Source: an uncultured Bacteriovoracaceae bacterium (GTDB taxonomy: Bacteria; Bdellovibrionota; Bacteriovoracia; Bacteriovoracales; Bacteriovoracaceae). Taken from it: DNA of 64,000 bases. How positions within the stretch are numbered: the stretch's first letter is position 1; every line of letters begins with the position of its first letter. Both the position numbers and the translations under genes were made by a program. The stretch covers positions 76,309 through 140,308 of the forward strand of contig CAXGUD010000006.1 in the NCBI GenBank assembly GCA_964012805.1, written 5' to 3'. The notes beneath the pieces are model-generated. The model was not told where the DNA came from, did no database searches, and was given only the letters and a program-made list of their open reading frames with translations. Of this stretch, positions 9,400 to 18,596 are shown in pieces.

Positions 9400-10446
9400 A
9401 TGAAAATCGAAGCTGTGGCTTTGTCACTTCCTGAGCGGCAAATCTCTAATGATGATATCCTAGATTATATAAGAGAAAAAAGTAAAAACTCTTATAAGGG
9501 AGATTTAGAAAAATCTCTTCGGGAGGTAAAGTTTTTTCTTGGTCTTTGTGGTGCCCAAAATAGAAGGTGGGCGGCTCCCGGAGAAAACACGTTTAAAAAG
9601 CATACCGAAAAAGCCATTTTAGAGGTTTTAGAAAAGAGCAATACTCATCCGGAAGAAATTGATCTTCTGATTTATTCAAGTGTTGATAGGAAAGTTGCAG
9701 AGCCAAACGAAAGCTATCTACTAGCAAAAGCTTTAGGTTTGAAGAAAACCGAATGTTTTGACATTTTAGAAGCCTGTAATAGTTGGTCCAGGGCCACTCA
9801 AATTTCTCAAAGTTTATTAAAATCACCAGATTATAGAAAAGTCTTAGTTGTGACTGCTGAATACATGATTCATGAAGGAATGTGGGGACAGAATGCCTTT
9901 CACGTAAAGTCTCCAGAAGAATTTGAATGGAAGTTCCCATCATATACATTAGGGGAAGGATCAACAGCCACTCTTCTCTCAAATGAAGGTGAAGATTGGA
10001 ATTATAAATTCTTGGGAATGCCTGAGCATGCTGATTTGTGTATATGCCCTCTCGAAAATTTTAATGAACAAGAAACAAATATGAATGGTGTAAGTGTTGC
10101 TATGAATGGGAAAGGGGTATTTACTTCTTTTGGTAGAAAAATGGAGGTCCCAGGTAAAAAGGCCCTCATTGATATTTTAGATTCTTCAGCTGTTCCCCTC
10201 AAAGATATTGATATAATTTTCCCTCATTCTCACGCTAAAAAGGTTTGGAGTGATATTTCAAAGGAAGAAGAGTTAAATCTTCCGTTGTATTTTATTTTTC
10301 CAGAAACAGGAAACCTTGTGACAGGTTCAATTCCTGGAGCCATGAGTATGGCAATTGAGGAAAATGCGTTGAAAAGAAAAGACCTTGTAGCAGGCTGGAT
10401 GGCCGCTGCCGGTATGTCCTTCTCTATGTACACTTTTAATTATTAA
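9400..10446 (+). CDS. OleA-like / KAS III-fold condensing enzyme
   Basis: C126 (EACNSW), H276 (FPHSH), N305 (TGNL). SSVDRKVAEP matches the OleA SVSRDYLEP motif (Glu101). YTLGEGS matches OleA LTLGxG. Confidence 0.85.
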   Translation: MKIEAVALSLPERQISNDDILDYIREKSKNSYKGDLEKSLREVKFFLGLCGAQNRRWAAPGENTFKKHTEKAILEVLEKSNTHPEEIDLLIYSSVDRKVAEPNESYLLAKALGLKKTECFDILEACNSWSRATQISQSLLKSPDYRKVLVVTAEYMIHEGMWGQNAFHVKSPEEFEWKFPSYTLGEGSTATLLSNEGEDWNYKFLGMPEHADLCICPLENFNEQETNMNGVSVAMNGKGVFTSFGRKMEVPGKKALIDILDSSAVPLKDIDIIFPHSHAKKVWSDISKEEELNLPLYFIFPETGNLVTGSIPGAMSMAIEENALKRKDLVAGWMAAAGMSFSMYTFNY

Positions 10447-10462
10447 CGATTAAGGGCTTGAA

Positions 10463-11809
10463 TTGGAAAATATAAACCTTGTAAAAATAAGACCCTTTTG
10501 GAAAACAAGATCATCTATAAATGATCCTTTGTCTTTTTTTGAGGAAATTGATAAAAAAGGCGAGTTTTGTCATTATAAAGGGTTCCTCTCTTTTACCTAT
10601 GTGGGTAATCCAAAATTAGTTAAACAGGTGCTGGATAAAACGGGAACTAATTATAATAAAGAAAACCCTCTTTATGACAGATTTAGATTCATACTAGGTC
10701 AGGGGATGCTAACGAGTGAGGGGAAAAATTGGAGGGATCAGAAAAAGTCTTTTTCTCCTTTCTTTTCCAAAAATAATATTAGTAAATTTCTTCCTATAAT
10801 TTTTAGAAATATGTCCCAAACATTAGATATTTGGAACAAATATGCAGAAAAAGAGGTTGCTCTTAACCTTTCTGAAGAGTTCTTTAACCTAACACTTAAA
10901 ATTATAGGTGAAATTATTTTAAGCGATGACTTAAAAGAACATCTTCTGGAAATAAGAAAGATAACAAAAGTTTTTAATGAGTATGTTGCCTCTCCTCCCA
11001 TTCCTATTTTTTCTTCATCAAAAATCCCAACTCCCCTTAATTTGAAAGTTAAAAAAGCGAGGGACGGTTTTATAGATATTTTAAAAAAAATTATTGAAAA
11101 AAGAATGTCAACTAAACAGAAAAGAGAAGACCTCTTACAAATAATACTTGATAAGAACCCAGATAAAATTACTCCTTTAATTCTTGATCAAATACTAAGC
11201 CTTATTATTGCTGGTCATGAAACGACTTCAAATGCACTTGTTTGGACTTTTTTTCACCTCTCCAAAAACACCTCTGAAAAAGATAAAATTCAAAAACTTT
11301 TAGATAGAGAGATTAAAGGTCTTTTTCCTTCTTTTAAAGAATTAGAACTCTTAGATTACTTAAGGCAAATTATAAATGAGTCTCTTAGACTATCACCGCC
11401 CGTATGGCTTATAACGAGAAAGTCGATAAAAGAAAATATTTTAGGTGGACACAAAATTAAGCCTGGTCAAATGATTGTTTTTTCGCCCTACTTTATTCAC
11501 AGAAATGAAAAGTATTGGAAAAATGCTGCTGATTTTAGACCTGATCGTTTTGATAAAAATAAAAAAATAGAAAAAGATGCTTTCTTGCCTTTTGGCTTAG
11601 GCCCACACACTTGTATAGGCTCAAATCTTTCTATGATGCAAATGAGTCTTTTTTTAAGTGTCTTATTAAAGTCATTTGACTGGTCTTGTATAGGATCTTT
11701 CCCAAAACCCTTTCTATCCTTCACAATGGGTGTGAAAGATGGACCTATGGTTATTTTAAAAAAGAGAAAAAGAGTAAAAAGTGTTTTTCCTGAAAAAATA
11801 ACAATTTAA
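10463..11809 (+). CDS. Cytochrome P450
   Basis: I-helix AGHETT, K-helix ESLR, PDRF, heme-binding FGLGPHTCIG; TTG start. Confidence 0.97.
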   Translation: MENINLVKIRPFWKTRSSINDPLSFFEEIDKKGEFCHYKGFLSFTYVGNPKLVKQVLDKTGTNYNKENPLYDRFRFILGQGMLTSEGKNWRDQKKSFSPFFSKNNISKFLPIIFRNMSQTLDIWNKYAEKEVALNLSEEFFNLTLKIIGEIILSDDLKEHLLEIRKITKVFNEYVASPPIPIFSSSKIPTPLNLKVKKARDGFIDILKKIIEKRMSTKQKREDLLQIILDKNPDKITPLILDQILSLIIAGHETTSNALVWTFFHLSKNTSEKDKIQKLLDREIKGLFPSFKELELLDYLRQIINESLRLSPPVWLITRKSIKENILGGHKIKPGQMIVFSPYFIHRNEKYWKNAADFRPDRFDKNKKIEKDAFLPFGLGPHTCIGSNLSMMQMSLFLSVLLKSFDWSCIGSFPKPFLSFTMGVKDGPMVILKKRKRVKSVFPEKITI

Positions 11810-11825
11810 CGGAGCTATAAGTTAA

Positions 11826-12962
11826 ATGAAAAAAGACTTGATTAAAAATACCTGGAATCTTTTTTTAATTTTAATGAACCCTAAAAGATTATCTTTTAAT
11901 GGAATGCCAACGGCGTATCCTAAAACAAGTAAATGGAACCTTTTTCAATGGTGGGCCTGCTTTTTAACAAGGCATTATTTTGGTAAAAATTTGTTAATTA
12001 AAACTCAGAAAAAAGTTGAAAACAAAATCCTTAAGGATTATAAAAAGCATGGTAAACCAAAAGGGTATATTACACCACCTCGTTTTAAAGCAAGCGAAAT
12101 TGATTCAGAAAAATTCAAAGAGATTGCCATTAAGACAAATTCACCAGTTATTATTGAGGGTTTTGCAAAAGATTGGGATTGTACAAAAAAATGGTCACCT
12201 CAGTTTTTAAAGGAAAACTATAAAGATGAAGTCGTCCCTGTTAGGCGTGAAAGTGACAGACTAGATTCTGAAGGCTATATTTATGTTAATAGGACTTTAA
12301 GTGAGCTAGTTGACAACATTGAAAGTGGAGGTGTTCTTCAGGGGACTCTCTTAGAAAATATTTTCAATAATAATCCTGAACTTAGAGAAGATCTTAATAT
12401 CCCTAAGATTGAAGAGTATTGTTGTCTTACAAAAAGACAAGAGCTTCAATCAACTCAATTATTTATTACTGGTAAAAATGGTAGAACTGGTCTCCATTGT
12501 GCTTCAGGAATCAACTTTTTTATTAATGTTTATGGCCATAAAAAGTGGACCTTTGTTCACCCTCACCATACGATAGGGTGTTATCCAGACGTTAGAGAAG
12601 ATATGTTTTATTCAAATAGCGCACTTGATTATTGGAAGTCTGACGAAGAACTGGAAAAGGAGGGATATACCCTTTGGCCTTATATTCCAAAATATAAATT
12701 TACGCTTTCCCCAGGCGACGTTGTCCTGTCACCACAGTGGTGGTGGCATGCTGTCGACAATGAAGACACAACCATAGCTGTTGCCAACAGAACTTTTAAT
12801 AAACTATTAATGGGTAATAAAATTTTTGCTTTTTTAAACTTTTTCTCACCGACCTCTTTAAGATGTTATTATCGTTTTTTAAAAACTGGGTGGGGATCTG
12901 ATGATTCAATAATTGAAGTTTGTGAACATAATGGAAGAGAAGCAGTAGGAAAAGGAAAATAA
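11826..12962 (+). CDS. JmjC/cupin_8 Fe(II)/2-oxoglutarate enzyme with atypical H-x-A...H triad
   Basis: PVIIEG..KDW..KKWS..FL; QLFI..TGLHCASGINFFINVYGHKKW; LSPGDVVLSPQWWWHAV. Confidence 0.9.
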   Translation: MKKDLIKNTWNLFLILMNPKRLSFNGMPTAYPKTSKWNLFQWWACFLTRHYFGKNLLIKTQKKVENKILKDYKKHGKPKGYITPPRFKASEIDSEKFKEIAIKTNSPVIIEGFAKDWDCTKKWSPQFLKENYKDEVVPVRRESDRLDSEGYIYVNRTLSELVDNIESGGVLQGTLLENIFNNNPELREDLNIPKIEEYCCLTKRQELQSTQLFITGKNGRTGLHCASGINFFINVYGHKKWTFVHPHHTIGCYPDVREDMFYSNSALDYWKSDEELEKEGYTLWPYIPKYKFTLSPGDVVLSPQWWWHAVDNEDTTIAVANRTFNKLLMGNKIFAFLNFFSPTSLRCYYRFLKTGWGSDDSIIEVCEHNGREAVGKGK

Positions 12963-12993
12963 ATAGGAATTACTAATCAACAAGGAAGTCTAC

Positions 12994-13806
12994 ATGGTAT
13001 TAAAAAATTTAATGAAGGTGTCTCTATTAAGTTTTACATTAACCTCAAGTCTTTATGGGGCTATGAGTGACTTTAAAAATAAGTCAGGAAAACAGATCGC
13101 TGAAATGTTAGAGAAAAAAAACCTAGTTTATAAAACAGAAACTTATGATTTAGAATTGAAATATTATCACGATGATAATAATCCTTTTAAAATAGTAAAA
13201 GGAAAGGCCATTACACAAGAAACTGCCGGTGGAAAAGGTCAAGGAAAGGCCATGGTTACTTTAAATGACAAAACGAAAGTTTATGTTGAAACTAGAAACG
13301 GTAAAGAAGATATTCACATGATTAAATTTCCGGGATCAAAAAGAAGTGTTTCTTTTTCTTGGAAAAATAGTAATTTTAGTAAATCTTCTAAATTCTTAGG
13401 AAGTGAAGCGAGTGTTGAAGATCTTACTTGTCATATCCTATCAAATTATAAACACAAATTTAGAAAGTTTTCTCAGGGTGGAAAAGTGGCGATCCTGGAA
13501 TTTACTCCAAAAAGGAAAAGCTACTACACATCAAAAGTTTACTACATTGATACAGACAAGTTTGTTCCTATTGAAATTATTTACTATAAAGGAAGTACAA
13601 AGCTTAAATCAATGGCCGTAAAGGAATACAAAAAATATAAAGTTCCAGGAAGTAGTAAAACGGTATACCGCCCTCATAGATTAGAAATGAAAAATAATGA
13701 GTATCTAAGGAAAAACAAAAAAACACTAGAAACCCATATGGTTATTTCTAATAGAGTACTTAATGGAAAAGTGAACTCTTCAGACCTAAACCCTAATAAA
13801 ATGTAA
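12994..13806 (+). CDS. Outer-membrane lipoprotein-sorting (LolA-like) periplasmic protein
   Basis: Signal peptide; FLGSEASVEDL (family FxGSDFxxEDL); YTSKVYYID...IIYY; sits directly before an MMPL gene, as is typical. Confidence 0.75.
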   Translation: MVLKNLMKVSLLSFTLTSSLYGAMSDFKNKSGKQIAEMLEKKNLVYKTETYDLELKYYHDDNNPFKIVKGKAITQETAGGKGQGKAMVTLNDKTKVYVETRNGKEDIHMIKFPGSKRSVSFSWKNSNFSKSSKFLGSEASVEDLTCHILSNYKHKFRKFSQGGKVAILEFTPKRKSYYTSKVYYIDTDKFVPIEIIYYKGSTKLKSMAVKEYKKYKVPGSSKTVYRPHRLEMKNNEYLRKNKKTLETHMVISNRVLNGKVNSSDLNPNKM

Positions 13807-13836
13807 AAAGATTAAATGGTAAAGTGGGGAGTATGG

Positions 13837-16119
13837 ATGAAGAATTTCAATATCTTTAAAATACTCCCTACCTTTCTTATAAAATCAAATAAAATTTTAT
13901 TTACTTTTTCCCTCCTAACCGTTTTTATTTTCAGTTTAGGGGTTTTTTCATTAAAAAAAGACATTTCTCATCGTATCTGGTTTAAAAAGGGAGACCCCTT
14001 TTTAAATAAATATGACTCCTTTATTGAAAATTATGGAAATGATGACCTCTTAGTTATTATTTTAGAAAATGAAAAAGGTCTTTTTACACCAAGTTATGCT
14101 AAAGAATTGTATCTTCTTACAAAAAAATTAGAAAATGTCCCTCTTGTTCTAAGAGCGGAGTCAATGGCCAACGTTTTGTTTTCCACCCATAGACCTCTAG
14201 ATCATTCTAATTATAAATCCTCTCATATTCATTTTGATCATTTCTTTCCAGACCTAAAGTCTTTAGACAGCGCCTTTTTGGAAGAACGTAAAAAGAAACT
14301 AAATATTGTTAAAAATTTCAGGGACTTTTATTTAAGCTCAAACTTTAAAACCTCCATCATTTATTTATATTTAAAGAAGGTTAACCCTCCCGATTACCAA
14401 CTGACATTAAAAAAAACAAAGGAAATTCTTAAAGCGACTCTATCGAAAGAAACACGTTTTTTTATGACGGGAAATTCTGTTTTGGCCGAAGCTTATAAAA
14501 AAGCTCCCGTTGATGATATGAAACTAATTATGCCTCTCGGCCTTTTTATCCTTATTACTTTACTTTTTTTTATATTTAGAAATTTCCTCGGCGTTTTCAT
14601 ACCGCTAGGCCACTTATTTCTTTTAATTTTTGCCCTTTTAGGAATTCAGGGGCATTTAAAAATGACTATGAACAGTGTGACTTCCATGGCCCCACTTATT
14701 TTGATGGCCATAGGTTTGCTTGATTCTATTCATCTCTTAACCACTTATTACAAATCAAGGATGAAAAAAAGTCGTCTTTGGGCCCTTTTGTGCGCTATTA
14801 AAATTAATATTTTCCCAACTTTTTTAACGTCATTTACTACCGCCATAGGTTTTTTTGCTCTTTCAACATCTAAAATAGCGCCTATATCAAATTTGGGAAC
14901 AATATGTGGCATAGGAGTTTTATTGGCGTGGCCTTTAACTTATTTTTTTATTCCTTTTGTTTTACTTAAATTCTCAAAAAAATCTAAACCAAAAAACATT
15001 ATTCCTTTTAAGGCCAAGCTTTTCCTTCATTTAATTAAAAACAAGAAAAAAATTTTTTTATCGAGTTCTTTCATTCTTATCCTTTTGGGGGGGGGCTTTG
15101 CTTTTCAAAATGAAGTTAATTCGGATTTTGAAAATTATTTCCCAGAGAAAACCCCTTTTAGAGTGGCCAATCAAAAATTGGAAAAAAACATTGGTGGATC
15201 TTCAACAATCCATCTTCTTATTCAAAACGAAGATGTTAGAAATCCTAAATTTTTAAAAAAAATTGAAGATTTAACTTTAAAATTAGAAGATTTGAAAGGG
15301 GTAACAAAAGTTTTTTCACTTCTAGATATAATCAAAAATTCAAGACAACTTCTTTTTGAAAATGACGAAAAATATAACTCCCTTCCACCTGATAAAGAGC
15401 AAATTAAGGAATCCCTCTTTTTTTATCAATTATATGAAATGGAAGGCAAAGAACTATACCGGTATGCTAAAAGAGATTTTAGTGAGATGAAAATCACTCT
15501 CTTTTGGAAAGGTTTCAGCTCCAAAGAAATTAAAAGAGGGGTGAGAGAAATAGAGAAATTATTAAAATATTATAATTTAAAAGGGAGTCTTAATGGTAAG
15601 GTCCTTTTTATGAAAGGCTTGGATTCTTATATATTAAAAACGTTTCTTATGTCCCTTATTTTAACTATAACTTGCCTTACCCTCTTAATGATGATCCTTT
15701 TTAAATCATTTAGAATAGGTCTTTTTGCCATGGTTCCAAATGTCATTCCATTAACCTTAGGTGTGGCGGCTTTGGGTCTTTTTGGAAAAGGGCTTGATGT
15801 TTCTGCCGTTTTAATAGGCTCTATTAGCTTAGGTATTTCCGTGGATGACACCATCTTTTTCATGTCCCATTATTATAGAAAAACCAAAAAGTTCGAAAAC
15901 CATTTGAAGGCGATCGAAGAAACGATTAAGGAAACAGGACACACGCTTTATATTACAACAATTACTTTAGCCTCTATAATTGGCCTTTTCACTTTGGGTT
16001 CTTTTGGCCCCAATAAAGTCTTTGGTTTTATGACCTCCTTTATCCTTATTTGCGCCTTTCTTTTTGACTTAACACTACTTCCAATTCTTTTATTAAAAAA
16101 AAGGGATTATCAGACGTAA
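13837..16119 (+). CDS. MMPL/RND-family lipid exporter (alternative start 13816)
   Basis: Two RND repeats with hydrophobic helix bundles; AIGLLDSIH, FLTSFTTAIGF, GISVDDTIFF; GGGGAG RBS before 13837. Confidence 0.93.
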   Translation: MKNFNIFKILPTFLIKSNKILFTFSLLTVFIFSLGVFSLKKDISHRIWFKKGDPFLNKYDSFIENYGNDDLLVIILENEKGLFTPSYAKELYLLTKKLENVPLVLRAESMANVLFSTHRPLDHSNYKSSHIHFDHFFPDLKSLDSAFLEERKKKLNIVKNFRDFYLSSNFKTSIIYLYLKKVNPPDYQLTLKKTKEILKATLSKETRFFMTGNSVLAEAYKKAPVDDMKLIMPLGLFILITLLFFIFRNFLGVFIPLGHLFLLIFALLGIQGHLKMTMNSVTSMAPLILMAIGLLDSIHLLTTYYKSRMKKSRLWALLCAIKINIFPTFLTSFTTAIGFFALSTSKIAPISNLGTICGIGVLLAWPLTYFFIPFVLLKFSKKSKPKNIIPFKAKLFLHLIKNKKKIFLSSSFILILLGGGFAFQNEVNSDFENYFPEKTPFRVANQKLEKNIGGSSTIHLLIQNEDVRNPKFLKKIEDLTLKLEDLKGVTKVFSLLDIIKNSRQLLFENDEKYNSLPPDKEQIKESLFFYQLYEMEGKELYRYAKRDFSEMKITLFWKGFSSKEIKRGVREIEKLLKYYNLKGSLNGKVLFMKGLDSYILKTFLMSLILTITCLTLLMMILFKSFRIGLFAMVPNVIPLTLGVAALGLFGKGLDVSAVLIGSISLGISVDDTIFFMSHYYRKTKKFENHLKAIEETIKETGHTLYITTITLASIIGLFTLGSFGPNKVFGFMTSFILICAFLFDLTLLPILLLKKRDYQT
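15087..15095 (+). repeat. G9 homopolymer inside the MMPL gene
   Basis: ccttttGGGGGGGGGctttg; the longest G run I noticed in this AT-rich window. Confidence 0.8.
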
Positions 16120-16495
16120 GATAATGTAAGGGAAAACATCTTAATGAGAAATGATTTTAACTTCTTGTTTAAGTTATCTAAAAATTTTTTGATATTCAAT
16201 TAATTGAAGAAAGGTTTACAAATTTAAATGAATCATTTGCAATTGGTTATAGGTGGATTGATTTTTCAAATACCTATAAGAAATCAAAGCTTTTAACTTC
16301 GCTCCATATATTTAATACAAACCCAAATATTTTTTGGACTATTTTAAACCAAAAAGCCGACTATATTAAGCTTTTAGCGTATGCAAATGGATCCTACCGC
16401 TCTGTGAGAAAAGCCGAGAAAGTCGATGGTTAAAGAAAAAAAAGAATACAAAAATTTATTATTCAATTCAAAAAAAAAGTCTAGATTTTTATATA

Positions 16496-16876
16496 CTAGT
16501 CTAAAGCGTATTCTATTTTAAGTATGGCGTATTCTTTACCTTCAGCTTTGAGATTAGAACTTGAGGAGGTTATATTTTTTTTTGTAGGATCAAAGTTTTT
16601 GTTATCGTATTCATACATTGGCTTTTTATCCAAATCAAGGAATGAAACCTTTTTTATCCAGCATTTTTTATCTTTATCACAATTAGATTTAAAAATAGCT
16701 GATACACCATTTTTTAATTGATCTATATCTTCTGAATATAATGCGGTTCCTAATGAAGGTGTGTAACTTTCATTAACTGTTTCAATTAAGGCCTTTCTCT
16801 GCATTTTAATATTAGGGTCAGTAGAGTTGCAGCTTAAGCTTAAGATAAGGATCATTAGTAATGACCAAAGTTTCAT
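16496..16876 (-). CDS. Hypothetical lipoprotein
   Basis: Lipobox-like LSLSC after a hydrophobic N-terminus; AAGGGA RBS. Confidence 0.7.
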   Translation of the reverse strand: MKLWSLLMILILSLSCNSTDPNIKMQRKALIETVNESYTPSLGTALYSEDIDQLKNGVSAIFKSNCDKDKKCWIKKVSFLDLDKKPMYEYDNKNFDPTKKNITSSSSNLKAEGKEYAILKIEYALD

Positions 16877-17098
16877 TTACTTTCCCTTCTCAAAAAATAA
16901 TTCCTTAATTACTATAGAGGTTTGAGTTTATGAATTCAACAATTTTGATAAAATTCGTGGGTTATGAAAACTTACAACACTCCCTAGAAATAAATCTAGT
17001 TTTTTTTATTTTCCTTTAAATTAAAGATTTCTATTCCTAGACAATATGCCTTGAAATTAGAGAAGCTATTATAAAAAGAAATATTTGGGGAGGGGTAA

Positions 17099-18094
17099 AT
17101 GGAATATAGATATTTAGGGAAGTCGGGTTTAAAAGTAAGTTCCCTTTCTTTTGGCTCTTGGGTTACTTTTTCCAACCAAGTTCAAACAGAAAGTGCCGTT
17201 GAAATGATGGCCATGAGCTATGATGCCGGAATTAACTTTTTTGATAACGCTGAAGTTTATGCTGATGGTGAATCAGAAGTAATCATGGGCGATGCCCTTC
17301 AAAAGCTAGGCTGGGCGAGGGACACTTATTGTGTTTCAAGTAAGGTTTTTTGGGGAGGTCCGAAACCAACTCAAAGAGGCCTTTCTAGAAAGCATGTGAA
17401 AGAAGCATGCCATCAAGCTTTAAAAAGGCTCAAGGTTGATTACCTAGACCTCTACTTTTGTCATAGGCCGGATCAGGATACACCGATTGAAGAAACGGTT
17501 AGGGCCATGGACCAATTAATCCAAGAAGGAAAGGTTCTCTATTGGGGAACTTCAGAGTGGTCGGCAACAGAAATTCAAAAAGCTTATGGTGTTGCCAGAG
17601 AATACAACCTGACTCCTCCTACCATGGAGCAACCCCAGTACAATTTATTTCACAGGGAAAAAGTTGAAAAAGATTTTTTACCACTTTATGAAGAGGTTGG
17701 CCTTGGAACAACGATCTGGTCTCCTTTAGCGAGTGGAATTCTCACAGGTAAGTACTCTAATGGCATTCCTGATGGGAGCCGGGCCAGCTTAAGTGGTTTT
17801 GAGTGGATCAAGGATCAAATTTTATCTCCCAAGGGGCAAGATAAGGTAAAAAAGGCAAAACAATTGGAAGTAATCGCAAAAGAATTAGGTTGTAGTTTAA
17901 CTCAGCTTTCTGTTGCCTGGTGTCTTAAAAGTCCTTTTGTTAGCACTGTTATTTTAGGAGCAAGCAAGGCCAGTCAGCTTTCAGAAACGATTGAGGCCTT
18001 AGAATTTCTTCCCAAATTAACGGATGATATTATGGAAAAAATAGAAGGGATTGTAGAGTCTAAGCCTAAACCAGTTATTGACTGGAAAGGTTAG
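17099..18094 (+). CDS. Aldo/keto reductase (Kv-beta-like subfamily)
   Basis: YRYLGKSGLKVS, FFDNAEVY, DLYFCHRPD, YWGTSEW, WSPLASGILTGKY. Confidence 0.95.
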   Translation: MEYRYLGKSGLKVSSLSFGSWVTFSNQVQTESAVEMMAMSYDAGINFFDNAEVYADGESEVIMGDALQKLGWARDTYCVSSKVFWGGPKPTQRGLSRKHVKEACHQALKRLKVDYLDLYFCHRPDQDTPIEETVRAMDQLIQEGKVLYWGTSEWSATEIQKAYGVAREYNLTPPTMEQPQYNLFHREKVEKDFLPLYEEVGLGTTIWSPLASGILTGKYSNGIPDGSRASLSGFEWIKDQILSPKGQDKVKKAKQLEVIAKELGCSLTQLSVAWCLKSPFVSTVILGASKASQLSETIEALEFLPKLTDDIMEKIEGIVESKPKPVIDWKG

Positions 18095-18447
18095 TTTAAG
18101 GCATTCATGATATCTGAGTAAAGTGAATTTAGCTTGTCAATGCCGACGAGGCAAAAACCCATGGTCTTTGAAAACTCAAAGTCCTCAGGGGTTCCTTTTC
18201 GGCAAACAATGACAAGTCTGGTTTCATTTTTATCTGCCTCATCAAGGTATTGATCCAAGGTCTGTCCACCAGATTGAAGAAAATCCGTTGTGTTTGTCTT
18301 AGGAAGGCATACAATACCGTACTTTTTCCCTTCGAATGTTGTCTCAAAGTCCCATGTGGAGTTTTTTAGCCTTTGGTTTACGTCGTGATTAAACTGTTTA
18401 AAAATTAGTGAGCATCTGGCAAGGAACTCTTTTTCTTTATCTGCCAT
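18091..18447 (-). CDS. Hypothetical protein
   Basis: 118-aa ORF with GGAG RBS; 4-bp convergent overlap with the AKR gene. Confidence 0.6.
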   Translation of the reverse strand: MADKEKEFLARCSLIFKQFNHDVNQRLKNSTWDFETTFEGKKYGIVCLPKTNTTDFLQSGGQTLDQYLDEADKNETRLVIVCRKGTPEDFEFSKTMGFCLVGIDKLNSLYSDIMNALN

Positions 18448-18596
18448 AATAAATTCACTCCGGGTGTATTGTTATTTATGAAAATATCAAAAAATACTGC
18501 TTTTATAAAAGGGAGGAAGCTTTTGACTTCCTTTTTTTGATCATTTCTTTGAAAAAGTCTAATATTGAGGCATCTTTTTGTTGGAAAGGAGGAAAT

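Noticed and set aside
3784..16119. The lipid cluster (P450/JmjC) as a retinal or antenna supply route for the nearby proteorhodopsin
   Set aside because: There are no isoprenoid or carotenoid enzymes, the rhodopsin has Phe at the antenna position, and proximity alone is insufficient.
16120..16495. Possible riboswitch or ncRNA in the intergenic region with two AAAAGCCGA copies
   Set aside because: I could not find the c-di-GMP-I or any other aptamer consensus, and the region lies between convergent gene ends.
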